32,000 bases of DNA from an uncultured archaeon. Lineage in GTDB: Archaea; Iainarchaeota; Iainarchaeia; Iainarchaeales; JAAZKV01. The number at the start of each line of letters is the position of its first letter. The first letter of the stretch is position 1. Location of the stretch: positions 510,001-542,000 of the forward strand of contig CAZKBG010000001.1 in NCBI GenBank assembly GCA_964551375.1. The letters are read 5' to 3'. Below the pieces are notes generated by a model, which was given only the letters and a program-made list of their open reading frames with translations, had not been told where the DNA came from and ran no database searches. Positions 1 to 8,119 of this stretch are shown here, one piece after another. A program made the position numbers and the translations under genes.

Positions 1-1
1 C

Positions 2-637
2 CCGCACGGATTCAAACTTGACTCAATATGCGAAGCCCTTGGAGAAAAAGAAGCCCTAAAACTTGTAAAAAAATACCAAACAGGAGCAGAGTACTATAAT
101 GGAATGCTTGCAAGCGCAAACCAACTATTGTTTGGCAGAAAAATAATAAAGAAATTTTATGGACTGCTTGATTTTATGGACCATAACAGAGCGACAAGCG
201 GGCTTAAAATAAACAAGCCAACCCACTGGACAAAATCAAAACTGGAAAAAATTGCCCTCCAAACAATTGAAAGAGTAAGACAGGGAATGCTTTTTGCGGA
301 AAAAGCAAAATTTATCACGGTCGGAAGCGATGCGCACTACCCAAGATCCATAGGAAGCTCGGTAATTGAGATGAAAAGAATGCCAAAAAATGAAAAAGAA
401 TTTCTAACAATGCTCAAAAACAAAGAAATTTTGTGGGCCGGGCCAAATATTCACTCGCACAATCCGGTTGACAGAGTGGGAAGAAAAGAAATTTTTGAAG
501 GATTAGTGTATTTAACCAAGAAAAAAATTTTAAAAAAGCCAAAAATAAGGATTGTGAAGAAAATTAGGCATAAAATCCTTCAGAGGAAAGGAATAAAAAG
601 AAGTAAAAAGATAAGTAAGAAGGCAAAAGGTCAATAA
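2..637 (+). CDS. PHP-domain metal-dependent phosphoesterase, C-terminal part (5' end outside window)
   Basis: The frame of listed ORF 104..637 stays open back to nt 2, so the window edge cuts the gene. ITVGSDAHYPRSIG matches the last metal-binding GSDAH strand of PHP domains. The protein ends in a long Lys/Arg tail (KKKILKKPKIRIVKKIRHKILQRKGIKRSKKISKKAKGQ). Confidence 0.6.
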   Translation, partial: PHGFKLDSICEALGEKEALKLVKKYQTGAEYYNGMLASANQLLFGRKIIKKFYGLLDFMDHNRATSGLKINKPTHWTKSKLEKIALQTIERVRQGMLFAEKAKFITVGSDAHYPRSIGSSVIEMKRMPKNEKEFLTMLKNKEILWAGPNIHSHNPVDRVGRKEIFEGLVYLTKKKILKKPKIRIVKKIRHKILQRKGIKRSKKISKKAKGQ

Positions 638-690
638 TTAGGACAAAAAATTGAAAGCTTTTGTTAAAAAAATAAAAAAAGGTTGGGAAA

Positions 691-1098
691 ATGAAGTACG
701 CGGTGACTGAGAGCACTAATGTTGAAAATATTCCTCGCGACACAACCGAAATTCATCTTGTAAGGCCAATTAAATGGGATAAAATCCAGACTCTTATTCA
801 AAAATGCCCAATAAAAATGATTACTCTATCCACTTCCTGCCTTAAGCGACTTCCAAGAAAGACGCAGAAGAGATTAAAGGAAAAAGGCGTGTCAATGGCA
901 ATAGAAAAAAGAAGAGGAAGGGCAATTGATATACCCATGGAGAAGATGCTTCAGATAATTGAGCTTAGAAAAGATTACCAGACTGTGCGAGAGATTGAAA
1001 AAATCACAGGAGTACCAAAATCAACAGTACACTATTTGATAAAATACGCTGACAGAGGAAAGATTAAGAAAGGGAATAATGTAGTTTATCTAAAATAG
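691..1098 (+). CDS. small protein with C-terminal helix-turn-helix (resolvase/Hin-like HTH); function unknown
   Basis: The ATG is preceded by AGGTTGGG. C-terminal TVREIEKITGVPKSTVHYLIKY is a classic HTH signature. The N-terminal ~70 aa are not recognised. Confidence 0.5.
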   Translation: MKYAVTESTNVENIPRDTTEIHLVRPIKWDKIQTLIQKCPIKMITLSTSCLKRLPRKTQKRLKEKGVSMAIEKRRGRAIDIPMEKMLQIIELRKDYQTVREIEKITGVPKSTVHYLIKYADRGKIKKGNNVVYLK

Positions 1099-1193
1099 CC
1101 AAATAAAACAGCAAAAACAGCCTGATTTTAAATAAAAATTAAAAAAATAATCTCCTGAAAAGGAATTAATACCCAAAAAGCACCTAATTTATC

Positions 1194-2309
1194 ATGGCGC
1201 TTGATGCAAAAACACTTGCTTACGTAAAAACAGCCAAGAGAATTGAGAAAGAATTTGGCGTAAAAGCATGCGTTATAAGAAAAAATGAAAAAAGCATGAT
1301 TCCTTGGATTACAAGCTCTGAAGGATTTGCAATTTATATTATCGCAGGACAGGAAAAAAGGGAAATTGTTGAAAAGATACACCAAAAATATCAAATGAGC
1401 GGGGTAATGGTGCAGCACATGTACCCTGTGGAAGAAATGCTCAAAATAATAAGAGCAAATCCAGCCAGAATACGAAACGAACTTGGGGGAATGGGCTTCT
1501 TAGTTCCTTTCTTTTTCAATGAAGAAGTTTACGGCAAATACTCCGCGGAGTTCACTGAAAAATTCAAAGCGGAATTTGGACCTCAACTCAACAGGGAAAT
1601 AAACGCACGGCTTGAAAGACTTGCGCAGTCGGAAAAGCGAAGCGTAGAACAATATAATGCATTCATGAGAAGAGTAAAAGAAAGAGAAAAAAGGCTTGTA
1701 GGGCCGATTGAAGAAAGAGACTTAAGCAGACAAATGAAGGAAATGGCTGAACACATAAACAAAAAGAAAGGAAAAGTGCTCATTGTTCTTGACAAATCAG
1801 GAAGGCCGCTTGGAATACCATTAAAGAAAATTCTTAGAGAAGCATACAAGCGGGATGTGAAGGTATTTTTCCTCGACCCAAAAAAAGCACGTGTGGCAGG
1901 AATTGAAAAACTAACCCTTGCAAGCGAAAGCGCAAAAACTCTTGCAAAAGAGCACCCTTATTTAGTAAAAGCTGTAAGAAACAAGCAAGTAATGCTTGTG
2001 GATGACCAAATCTGGCAGGGAAAAGCCCTTACTTCAGTCGCGGAATTGTTAAAACCATTCAAGCCAAAAGGAATTGACGCCACTTATTTATCCGCATATC
2101 CAACCGAACCCCAGCCAAGCTGGAGATCGCACCAGATGCACCACATAAGAGAGCCAGAAAATGCAGGACGCGAGTTTGTTTCAAAACAAGCAGAGCTAAG
2201 CGCTTATGAAAGGACAAGATTAAACAAAATGAGAGCAAGATTAAACCGAGCCGCAGAGAATGCGGTAAAAAGAATTGCGAAAAATAAAACAAAAATTAGA
2301 AAACGCTAA
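1194..2309 (+). CDS. hypothetical protein with C-terminal phosphoribosyltransferase (type I PRTase)-like region and a degenerate PRPP loop
   Basis: KVLIVLDKSGRPLGIPLKKIL followed by QVMLVDDQIWQGKALTSVAELL reproduces the PRTase layout: four hydrophobic residues, D-D, then x3-G-K, as in HGPRT EDIIDTGKT. Here the loop reads WQGKA instead of DTGKT. The N-terminal ~170 aa are unrecognised and the protein has a Lys/Arg C-terminal tail. Confidence 0.45.
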   Translation: MALDAKTLAYVKTAKRIEKEFGVKACVIRKNEKSMIPWITSSEGFAIYIIAGQEKREIVEKIHQKYQMSGVMVQHMYPVEEMLKIIRANPARIRNELGGMGFLVPFFFNEEVYGKYSAEFTEKFKAEFGPQLNREINARLERLAQSEKRSVEQYNAFMRRVKEREKRLVGPIEERDLSRQMKEMAEHINKKKGKVLIVLDKSGRPLGIPLKKILREAYKRDVKVFFLDPKKARVAGIEKLTLASESAKTLAKEHPYLVKAVRNKQVMLVDDQIWQGKALTSVAELLKPFKPKGIDATYLSAYPTEPQPSWRSHQMHHIREPENAGREFVSKQAELSAYERTRLNKMRARLNRAAENAVKRIAKNKTKIRKR

Positions 2310-3322
2310 AGTTTTTTATTTAAAATCCAAAGAGCGGACTGCATTATTGATTCAATTGTCTGCTTTCCCTTCCACTGCGCGGCTCCTGAATGCCCGCCCA
2401 CTTCCCCGCCGACCTGCTTTTGAAGAGGAATCATCAAATCATTCATTAAATTAAAATTATTTTTATCCTTAAACTCGGTTTCAGCCCTTGCTGAAAGAGT
2501 GGTAATGCTTCCTTCTTTTTCCTGCCCGGCTACAAGAGAAATATCCGCCCCAAAACCCAATAATTTTGTCGCAGCAGGACCCTGAAAAAAAGAAACAACG
2601 CTTGTCACAACTATTGCACCCCCCACTTTTTGTATTTCAGAACGCTGAGCGGCTTTAAGAAAGGCAATTCTTTCATCATCTTTTAAATTATGCTTTGAGA
2701 ACTCCAGCACTTCGGCATAAGTCCTTCCTGACTTTTTTAATGAATTTGCAAAAGAAGCAAATGAATCGGAGTCTCCAACCAAAAAATGCCCTGTGTCTTC
2801 AACTATGCCAATGCAATTCCAAAAATGGGGCTGTTTATCATCAAACTTGTCCAACAATTTGAGCAATAACTCTGTTGTGGACACAGCGTCTTCATTAATG
2901 AAAGCATTTTGTCCTTTTACAATGCTGTCTTTCTCAATCACATGATGGTCAAAAGCAAATACTTTAGGCGCAAGGCAAATCTTAACCCCGCAGTATCCTT
3001 TTTGCACTTCTTCAAAACTCTTCCTCAACTTCCCAAGCTGCTCAAAAGAGTTAAAGTCAAACAAAATAATTACTCCAAATGCGCACAAATCAGGATTTAC
3101 TTGAAATGAAATCTTTTCCTTAAAACAAAAAGATTGCGCCTGCTCATTTATGTGCGAAGGAATCCCGACAACTGAAGAAATCCCCTGCTTTTTCAAATAC
3201 TTTTGAAAAATTGCCGCAGAGCAGACAGCATCAAGATCAGCGTTATCATGCGCAAGAAGAAGAACATCTTTGCCTTTGCAGGCAGAAATAAGATTAGCAA
3301 TCTGAGTAACTGGCTTAGCCAT
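2306..3322 (-). CDS. DHH/DHHA1-family phosphoesterase (NrnA/RecJ-like)
   Basis: Motifs present: LLLAHDNADLDAVCSA (DHH motifs I/II), AFDHHV (motif III) and GGHSGAAQ (DHHA1 GGGH motif). I place the start at ATG 3322 (MAKPVTQ) rather than ORF-track 3379; either is possible. Confidence 0.8.
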   Translation of the reverse strand: MAKPVTQIANLISACKGKDVLLLAHDNADLDAVCSAAIFQKYLKKQGISSVVGIPSHINEQAQSFCFKEKISFQVNPDLCAFGVIILFDFNSFEQLGKLRKSFEEVQKGYCGVKICLAPKVFAFDHHVIEKDSIVKGQNAFINEDAVSTTELLLKLLDKFDDKQPHFWNCIGIVEDTGHFLVGDSDSFASFANSLKKSGRTYAEVLEFSKHNLKDDERIAFLKAAQRSEIQKVGGAIVVTSVVSFFQGPAATKLLGFGADISLVAGQEKEGSITTLSARAETEFKDKNNFNLMNDLMIPLQKQVGGEVGGHSGAAQWKGKQTIESIMQSALWILNKKL

Positions 3323-3403
3323 GCATAAGAAATGCATTTGAATAATAAAAATGCTTGCCCCACTTATCGGCGCAAGCAAAATGAGATTAATTACTATTTA
3401 TTT

Positions 3404-3793
3404 TTACTTTTTTTTCTTCTCAATAACAGTTGTCTTATCAGCAACAGGAGCCTTTTCTTTTTCAGTCTTCATTTCAGCTTCAAGCTTTGCCTGAATTGCC
3501 TTAAGTTTCTTTACTGAATTCTCTTCCTGCTTTTCAAGAGTCTTAAGTCTAAGATCAGTGCTTTCTTTTTTAGTCTCAAGTTCAGCCTGCATTTCTTTAG
3601 CGTCTTTAGGAAACAAAACATTCCCAACAACCTTATACACAGTCTTTTCCTTTACTTTTGTCAGTTCTTCAAGCGAAGCATTGACAAGTTCAAGCTGCAG
3701 CGAAACCTGCTGTTTTTGAGCGCTGATATTTGCCAGCATCTGCCTGTTCCTCTCAAATTCCAAAATTGCAGCTCTCTGTTCATCCTCATTCAT
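3404..3793 (-). CDS. pfdB: prefoldin beta subunit
   Basis: Two heptad coiled-coil arms flank central beta-hairpin residues (KTVYKVVGNVLFPKD). Size and position next to pcc1/rpoP/rpl37ae also fit. ATG 3793 overlaps the pcc1 TGA stop (TGATG); ORF-track start 3796 is a TTG one codon upstream. Confidence 0.8.
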   Translation of the reverse strand: MNEDEQRAAILEFERNRQMLANISAQKQQVSLQLELVNASLEELTKVKEKTVYKVVGNVLFPKDAKEMQAELETKKESTDLRLKTLEKQEENSVKKLKAIQAKLEAEMKTEKEKAPVADKTTVIEKKKK

Positions 3794-4026
3794 CAAAACT
3801 CCTCCAACTGATTAAATAAAACTAACGGCTTAAGTAAAGCATTAAGCGAAGCCCTTAAAGCAGTTTTGTCCTGCGCGCTAATCTTAATATCAAGCAAAGA
3901 ATCCCGCTGTGAAACAACCGTTTTGCTTCTTAAGAACTCTTCCTCAACTTCAGGCTTAATAGACTTAAAAAAACGCAGAGCCTGACTCTTTGAATCAAAC
4001 CCAAGCTTTAATTCAAGCAAAAACAT
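3793..4026 (-). CDS. pcc1: KEOPS complex subunit Pcc1
   Basis: The protein is 77 aa. LLDIKISAQDKTALRASLNALLKPL matches the conserved strand-helix of archaeal Pcc1 (pattern ILDIKA.D..ALRG..NSYLRW). The gene is coupled to pfdB by a stop/start overlap. Confidence 0.7.
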   Translation of the reverse strand: MFLLELKLGFDSKSQALRFFKSIKPEVEEEFLRSKTVVSQRDSLLDIKISAQDKTALRASLNALLKPLVLFNQLEEF

Positions 4027-4061
4027 AAAAATAAAATCAAAAACAGGCAGGCGATTTAGAA

Positions 4062-4196
4062 TTATTCAGCCTTAACAGTCTTTGAAATTGGTTCGCGAGT
4101 CTTGTAAAGAATCCTATAACCGCAAGAAGGGCATCTAACTAGACCTTCAGCAACATTAGTAACTTCAGTTCCGCACTTTGCGCATCTATAAGCCAT
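4062..4196 (-). CDS. rpoP: DNA-directed RNA polymerase subunit P (Rpo12/RpoP)
   Basis: Not in the ORF track (44 aa): MAYRCAKCGTEVTNVAEGLVRCPSCGYRILYKTREPISKTVKAE. It has a CxxC-x13-CxxC zinc ribbon followed by RILYK, typical of RpoP/Rpb12. It starts 12 nt after the rpl37ae stop and is preceded by AAGGGGTTG. Confidence 0.8.
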   Translation of the reverse strand: MAYRCAKCGTEVTNVAEGLVRCPSCGYRILYKTREPISKTVKAE

Positions 4197-4208
4197 TTAT
4201 TCAACCCC

Positions 4209-4694
4209 TTATTCGCTTTCCTCAGCGTTTTCTTCAGCACTTTCTTCCACAGCTTCTTCAACAGCCTCTGTCGCAGCTTCTTTTACTTCAGCCTTTTTCT
4301 TCTTTGGCTTTCTTCTCGGCTGTTCTTCTTCAACAGGAGCCTTTTCAGCTAAAGCAGCTTCAACTTCTCTTTCAATATCAGAGTAAGATGACTTTTCTTC
4401 AATAGCTGTAACCAATTCCTTTGAATTTTCAATGAATGATTTCTGTGAAACCATTTTGTTAATAGATTTGCCAACAAGAGTCTGAGTCTCGTAAGCTCCG
4501 CCTGTAAATTTATTACCGCATTTATTGCAATAAAATAAACCAGCAGCTTCTCTTTGAAGTTTTTCAAAACCGCAAAACGGACAAGGCACTTTAGCCTTCA
4601 TCTTATTTTCAACTTCAAGAACTCTCTTCTTTACTCCAACACCGTATCTTCCTTTGAATCTGCCTGTGCTTCCAACTTTCTTTGTGCTGCCCAT
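4209..4694 (-). CDS. rpl37ae: ribosomal protein eL43 (L37Ae) with a ~75-aa acidic C-terminal extension
   Basis: The N-terminal ~85 aa (GSTGRFKGRYGVGVKKR...CPFCG...YCNKCGNKFTGGAY) are canonical eL43 with a C4 zinc ribbon. The remainder is E/A/K-rich and ends EEAVEESAEENAEESE. The start is preceded by GGTGAG (4701..4706) and a TTTAAA core (4734..4739). Confidence 0.9.
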   Translation of the reverse strand: MGSTKKVGSTGRFKGRYGVGVKKRVLEVENKMKAKVPCPFCGFEKLQREAAGLFYCNKCGNKFTGGAYETQTLVGKSINKMVSQKSFIENSKELVTAIEEKSSYSDIEREVEAALAEKAPVEEEQPRRKPKKKKAEVKEAATEAVEEAVEESAEENAEESE

Positions 4695-4733
4695 TTACGC
4701 TCACCAATAAACAAAATCCCCATAGGAAAGGTT

Positions 4734-4739
4734 TTTAAA
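4734..4739 (-). promoter_or_regulatory. TATA-like core (TTTAAA) of the rpl37ae-rpoP-pcc1-pfdB unit
   Basis: The minus strand reads CAAGTTTAAAAACCTTTCC about 40 nt upstream of ATG 4694, followed by the GGTGAG SD at 4701..4706. It lies directly downstream of the oligo-T region that follows rrp42. Confidence 0.45.
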
Positions 4740-4820
4740 CTTGAATTGGAGGTTCCCAAAAAAACTGCCAAAATATCAATAAAACCCTAATAATCGGCTA
4801 AAATAGCCCATTTAATCAAT

Positions 4821-4858
4821 ATAAAAAATCATCAAAAAAATAGAAAAAATGGAAAAGG
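4821..4858 (-). terminator. oligo-T termination region after rrp42
   Basis: The minus strand reads CCTTTTCCATTTTTTCTATTTTTTTGATGATTTTTTAT, with runs of T6, T7 and T6. This is the usual archaeal termination signal. Confidence 0.5.
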
Positions 4859-4885
4859 ATTTCTCCCCCTCCACTTTAATTAACT

Positions 4886-5683
4886 TTACTTCTTAACCAA
4901 TTTTAGAATTTTCTTTCTCTTCTCGTCGTTGATTTTGTACGCAAGGTCAATCATGTAGTTTACTTCCTCGATTGTGAAAGCGCCAGCGCCTTTCTGCATT
5001 GCGCTCATGAAGTTGTCTTCAGTTGTCGCAACTGAAAATCTTGCTTCGCTTGCTTTTTCCTCAACGTAAGTAGGATCAACCATAATTTTTCCGCCAACTT
5101 TAACAAAAGTTGTAAGAAGAGGCAGTCTCTTTAGTTCAAGTTTGCCGTCATATTCGCCCTTAATTATTTTATTTTTGTCATTAAGCTTTGGTTTCTTAGC
5201 GTTCATGAAAGCTACAAGCCCCGCAATTGAGCCGGCATCAAACAAGTTGCCGTCAGCGTTGATTGCATAAAAATCCATGAAAGCAATCCAAACAGCTTCC
5301 CCTTCTTTTATGCAAAGACTAGCAAAATCTATTGCCTTGCTTTCTCTGATTCCTCTGTCAACAACTCTTGCAACCTCAATTTCATCAAGTGATGGAGGGC
5401 CTGACTCGTATTCAGAGTGAGACAATGGCAAAAGTTCTGCGCCTACCGAAATTGCTCCTTCGTCAGGAGAATCAGGGTACGGTTTATCAACACCCATTTT
5501 TATTCCTGCAATAACTTCAGTCTGACCTAAAAGAACTCTTGCGCTTCCTTCAGCGTTCTCGTACTTATCAACTTCAATTGAGAAGTCTCTGATTTCTTCA
5601 AGTCCTCTTCCGTCAAGTCTTTTATCCTGTCTTGCAAGGTCAACTATTTTTGATAGTTCATGTTCAAGTATAGTAGTTCTCAT
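4886..5683 (-). CDS. rrp42: exosome complex RNase PH-like subunit Rrp42
   Basis: RLDGRGLEEIRDFSIEVDKYENAEGSARVLLGQTEVIAGIK is an RNase PH domain 1 signature of the non-catalytic type. The start has an ATGA overlap with the rrp41 stop and is preceded by AGGTGA. Confidence 0.9.
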   Translation of the reverse strand: MRTTILEHELSKIVDLARQDKRLDGRGLEEIRDFSIEVDKYENAEGSARVLLGQTEVIAGIKMGVDKPYPDSPDEGAISVGAELLPLSHSEYESGPPSLDEIEVARVVDRGIRESKAIDFASLCIKEGEAVWIAFMDFYAINADGNLFDAGSIAGLVAFMNAKKPKLNDKNKIIKGEYDGKLELKRLPLLTTFVKVGGKIMVDPTYVEEKASEARFSVATTEDNFMSAMQKGAGAFTIEEVNYMIDLAYKINDEKRKKILKLVKK

Positions 5684-6516
5684 TTTTTCACCTTCTTTGC
5701 TTTAACTTCTTTAGCTTCCTTTTTGCTTGCCGCCTTTGGAGCTTTCTCTTCAGACTTTTCCATTACGCCAGCTTCAACAGCTTTTTCAGAAACTTCGTTA
5801 AGAACGAATTTTTCTTTCAAGGCATTCTTCTGAACTTCGTATATGTCAGCGCATGCTTTCTGAGCTAATGGAATAATTCTAGTCCATTCATCTCTTGTCA
5901 AAAGACCATCCATCTGGAGCAGAACTACCTGCCCTGAGTTAGGCATTATTCCGATTGGAATATCAACTGCATCAGGAGCGTCTTCTTCGTGCTTGTCAAG
6001 ATCTACAACCAAATCGTTGAATGCTTTTCCAACACCAGTAGCCGCAACTAAATCCTTCATAGGGATTCCAGCATCAGCTAAAGCGCATGAAGCAGCTGTT
6101 AGGCATGCAACTCTTGAGCCCGCCTGCGAATCAACAACTTCCACGTAAACGCTGATTTCAGTGTTAGGGAATTGCTCAGTGAAAACAACCTGCTCTAAAG
6201 CTTCTGTTAACACTTTTGATATTTCCATATCTCTTCTATTTGGTCTTGGCTGTTTTCTTTCAGGAACCGAGAATGTTGTCATTCTATAAGTTACTTTCAT
6301 AACAGCTTTGAGCGCGTTTTGAGTGTGCTTAGGCAGAGCTTCTCTTGGCCCGTATACCGCAGCATAAACTTTATTCTGCCCCCATTCAAGGTAAGCGGAG
6401 CCGTCAGCGTTAGGCAACACACCAACTTTGATGCTCATCGGCCTTAACTGATCCATTTTTCTTCCGTCAACCCTCTTCTTGTCTTTCTTATAATCCGGTA
6501 TTTTTTCTTCAGTCAT
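5680..6516 (-). CDS. rrp41: exosome complex exonuclease Rrp41 (RNase PH-type) with Lys/Ala/Glu-rich C-terminal tail
   Basis: RVDGRKMDQLRPMSIKVGVLPNADGSAYLEWGQNKVYAAVYGPRE is the Rrp41/RNase PH signature. ORF-track start 6525 is a GTG that lies inside the AGGTGA SD (6522..6527). ATG 6519 or 6516 is more likely; I chose 6516 for SD spacing. Confidence 0.9.
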   Translation of the reverse strand: MTEEKIPDYKKDKKRVDGRKMDQLRPMSIKVGVLPNADGSAYLEWGQNKVYAAVYGPREALPKHTQNALKAVMKVTYRMTTFSVPERKQPRPNRRDMEISKVLTEALEQVVFTEQFPNTEISVYVEVVDSQAGSRVACLTAASCALADAGIPMKDLVAATGVGKAFNDLVVDLDKHEEDAPDAVDIPIGIMPNSGQVVLLQMDGLLTRDEWTRIIPLAQKACADIYEVQKNALKEKFVLNEVSEKAVEAGVMEKSEEKAPKAASKKEAKEVKAKKVKK

Positions 6517-6538
6517 CATATTCACCTTTCAATAAGTT

Positions 6539-7270
6539 TTAGTTTAAAACTTCTGACTCCTCTTCGTTTGAAATTACTTCAGACTCATTTTGAGCCTCTT
6601 CGCCTGCCATTGGCTTGTTTTTGAAACCGTTTTGGTCTTCTTTCTTTATTACAGAAACTTCAATTCCTTCAGCCTTAAAGAAAGCTTCAACTGAATTAGT
6701 CAAATTGCTTTTGTAAGAATTCTGGTTGATGAAACTAACAACTTTTCTTAAAAGTTCAGTGTTTCCGTTTCTTGCCCAAACTCTTCCGTTCTTTCCAATG
6801 ATTATATCGCACTTAGTTCCCTGTTTCAATAAATCAAGCATTGAGCCGTTCTTTCCGATTAATCTTGGAGTTCTAACAGGAGTCACTTCTACAACCTCTC
6901 CGCCGAACATTTTTCTCGGAAATCCAAGCTCTGCTTCTCTTAATTCGCTAACGTAAGTAACTTTAGCCGAAACCAGGTCCCCTACTTTCATTTCTTCTCT
7001 CATAACGCTTCTTGGTATGAAAGACTCAACAAACGAGTTGATGTTGACATTATATCCCGCAAATATTGCGCGCGACACAACCCCAATTACCACATCTTCC
7101 ATCTGAGGGAAATATTTTCCTTCAAGCGGAACAACGCTTGCTTTCTCATCTTCGCTGTCATTTATTCCAAGAACTTTGGAATATATTTTGCCGTTCGCAA
7201 CAAAAACATTGCTGCCAAGGCGCTTTCTTTCGTCCGAGACTAATTCTCCCGGAATTACAATTCTCTTCAT
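6539..7270 (-). CDS. rrp4: exosome RNA-binding subunit Rrp4 (S1 + KH domains)
   Basis: The S1-like region (GDLVSAKVTYVSE) is followed by a KH signature (RLIGKNGSMLDLLKQGTKCDIIIGKNGRVWA). The start is preceded by AGGTGA plus 4 nt. The C-terminal tail is acidic. Confidence 0.9.
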   Translation of the reverse strand: MKRIVIPGELVSDERKRLGSNVFVANGKIYSKVLGINDSEDEKASVVPLEGKYFPQMEDVVIGVVSRAIFAGYNVNINSFVESFIPRSVMREEMKVGDLVSAKVTYVSELREAELGFPRKMFGGEVVEVTPVRTPRLIGKNGSMLDLLKQGTKCDIIIGKNGRVWARNGNTELLRKVVSFINQNSYKSNLTNSVEAFFKAEGIEVSVIKKEDQNGFKNKPMAGEEAQNESEVISNEEESEVLN

Positions 7271-7319
7271 TCATTCACCTTCGTCAAAAATAATTCAAAA
7301 CTAAAAAGCGCTCATTCTA

Positions 7320-8030
7320 TTATTCTATTCCGCCAGAAGTTCCGAGTATTTTAATTATAATTTCGCCATGAGTCGCAGAGTTTAATTCATTTAGCAAATC
7401 CTGCTTTGCTCCGCTTGGAAGCAAAAATTCCGCGGCGAGGCTTCCATCCTTGAGCCACTCTTCTTTTTTCATTTCATATTTATGAATAATAGAACTTGCA
7501 CGTCCTGCGTACTGCGCGGGAACTTTAACAGCAAAATCAATCTTCTCCATTGAAATCGGAAGAATATGCCGAATTGCTTTTACGATTTCAGGAACCTGCT
7601 CATCCACTCCCTTAAACGGATCAACATGAACTTTCGCCTGCTCCATTGCGTTTTCAATTCTCACAACTGGATGAGGAGCTTTGTTCTGCGGATTAATCGA
7701 GTTTCTTGAAATAAAATTAACAACTTCCACTCTTCTCTTTTCATGAAGCCTTCTTCTCTGCTCTGTTGTAAGCTGAACATCCCCTTCACGGATAATTTTT
7801 ACAACAATACTTGCAAGGTCTTCAGTTTGAAAACTTTTCTTTAAATTCTCAGGGCTCTGCTCGTCCCCGATTTTAGAATCCTTAAAAACTCTCTCAATCG
7901 CCATCAGCGAATCAAGAGGAATGCTTTTTCCGTGCTTTACTTCCATAGCCAAATTTGGCTCAACAAGTATCTCAAATTTATGCCCAAATCTCTCAAGTCT
8001 CGCTACAACAGCATCTTCTACTCGTACCAT
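7320..8030 (-). CDS. SBDS-family ribosome maturation protein (Sdo1 homologue)
   Basis: VVARLERFGHKFEILVEP, the TEQRRRLHEKRR helix and INPQNKAPHP match the archaeal SBDS pattern. The gene sits in its canonical position between psmA and rrp4. Confidence 0.9.
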   Translation of the reverse strand: MVRVEDAVVARLERFGHKFEILVEPNLAMEVKHGKSIPLDSLMAIERVFKDSKIGDEQSPENLKKSFQTEDLASIVVKIIREGDVQLTTEQRRRLHEKRRVEVVNFISRNSINPQNKAPHPVVRIENAMEQAKVHVDPFKGVDEQVPEIVKAIRHILPISMEKIDFAVKVPAQYAGRASSIIHKYEMKKEEWLKDGSLAAEFLLPSGAKQDLLNELNSATHGEIIIKILGTSGGIE

Positions 8031-8119
8031 CTAACAACCCCATTTAGTGCTGTTAACTAGCCCCCGCTTTTTTTGTATTTCCCTCACGGGAGCAAATTAA
8101 GTCAATTAATATAAATTAA

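Noticed and set aside
1128-2292. Minus-strand ORFs (96, 88 and 77 aa) opposite the PRTase-like gene.
   Set aside because: They are fragmented, low-complexity antisense frames without signals.
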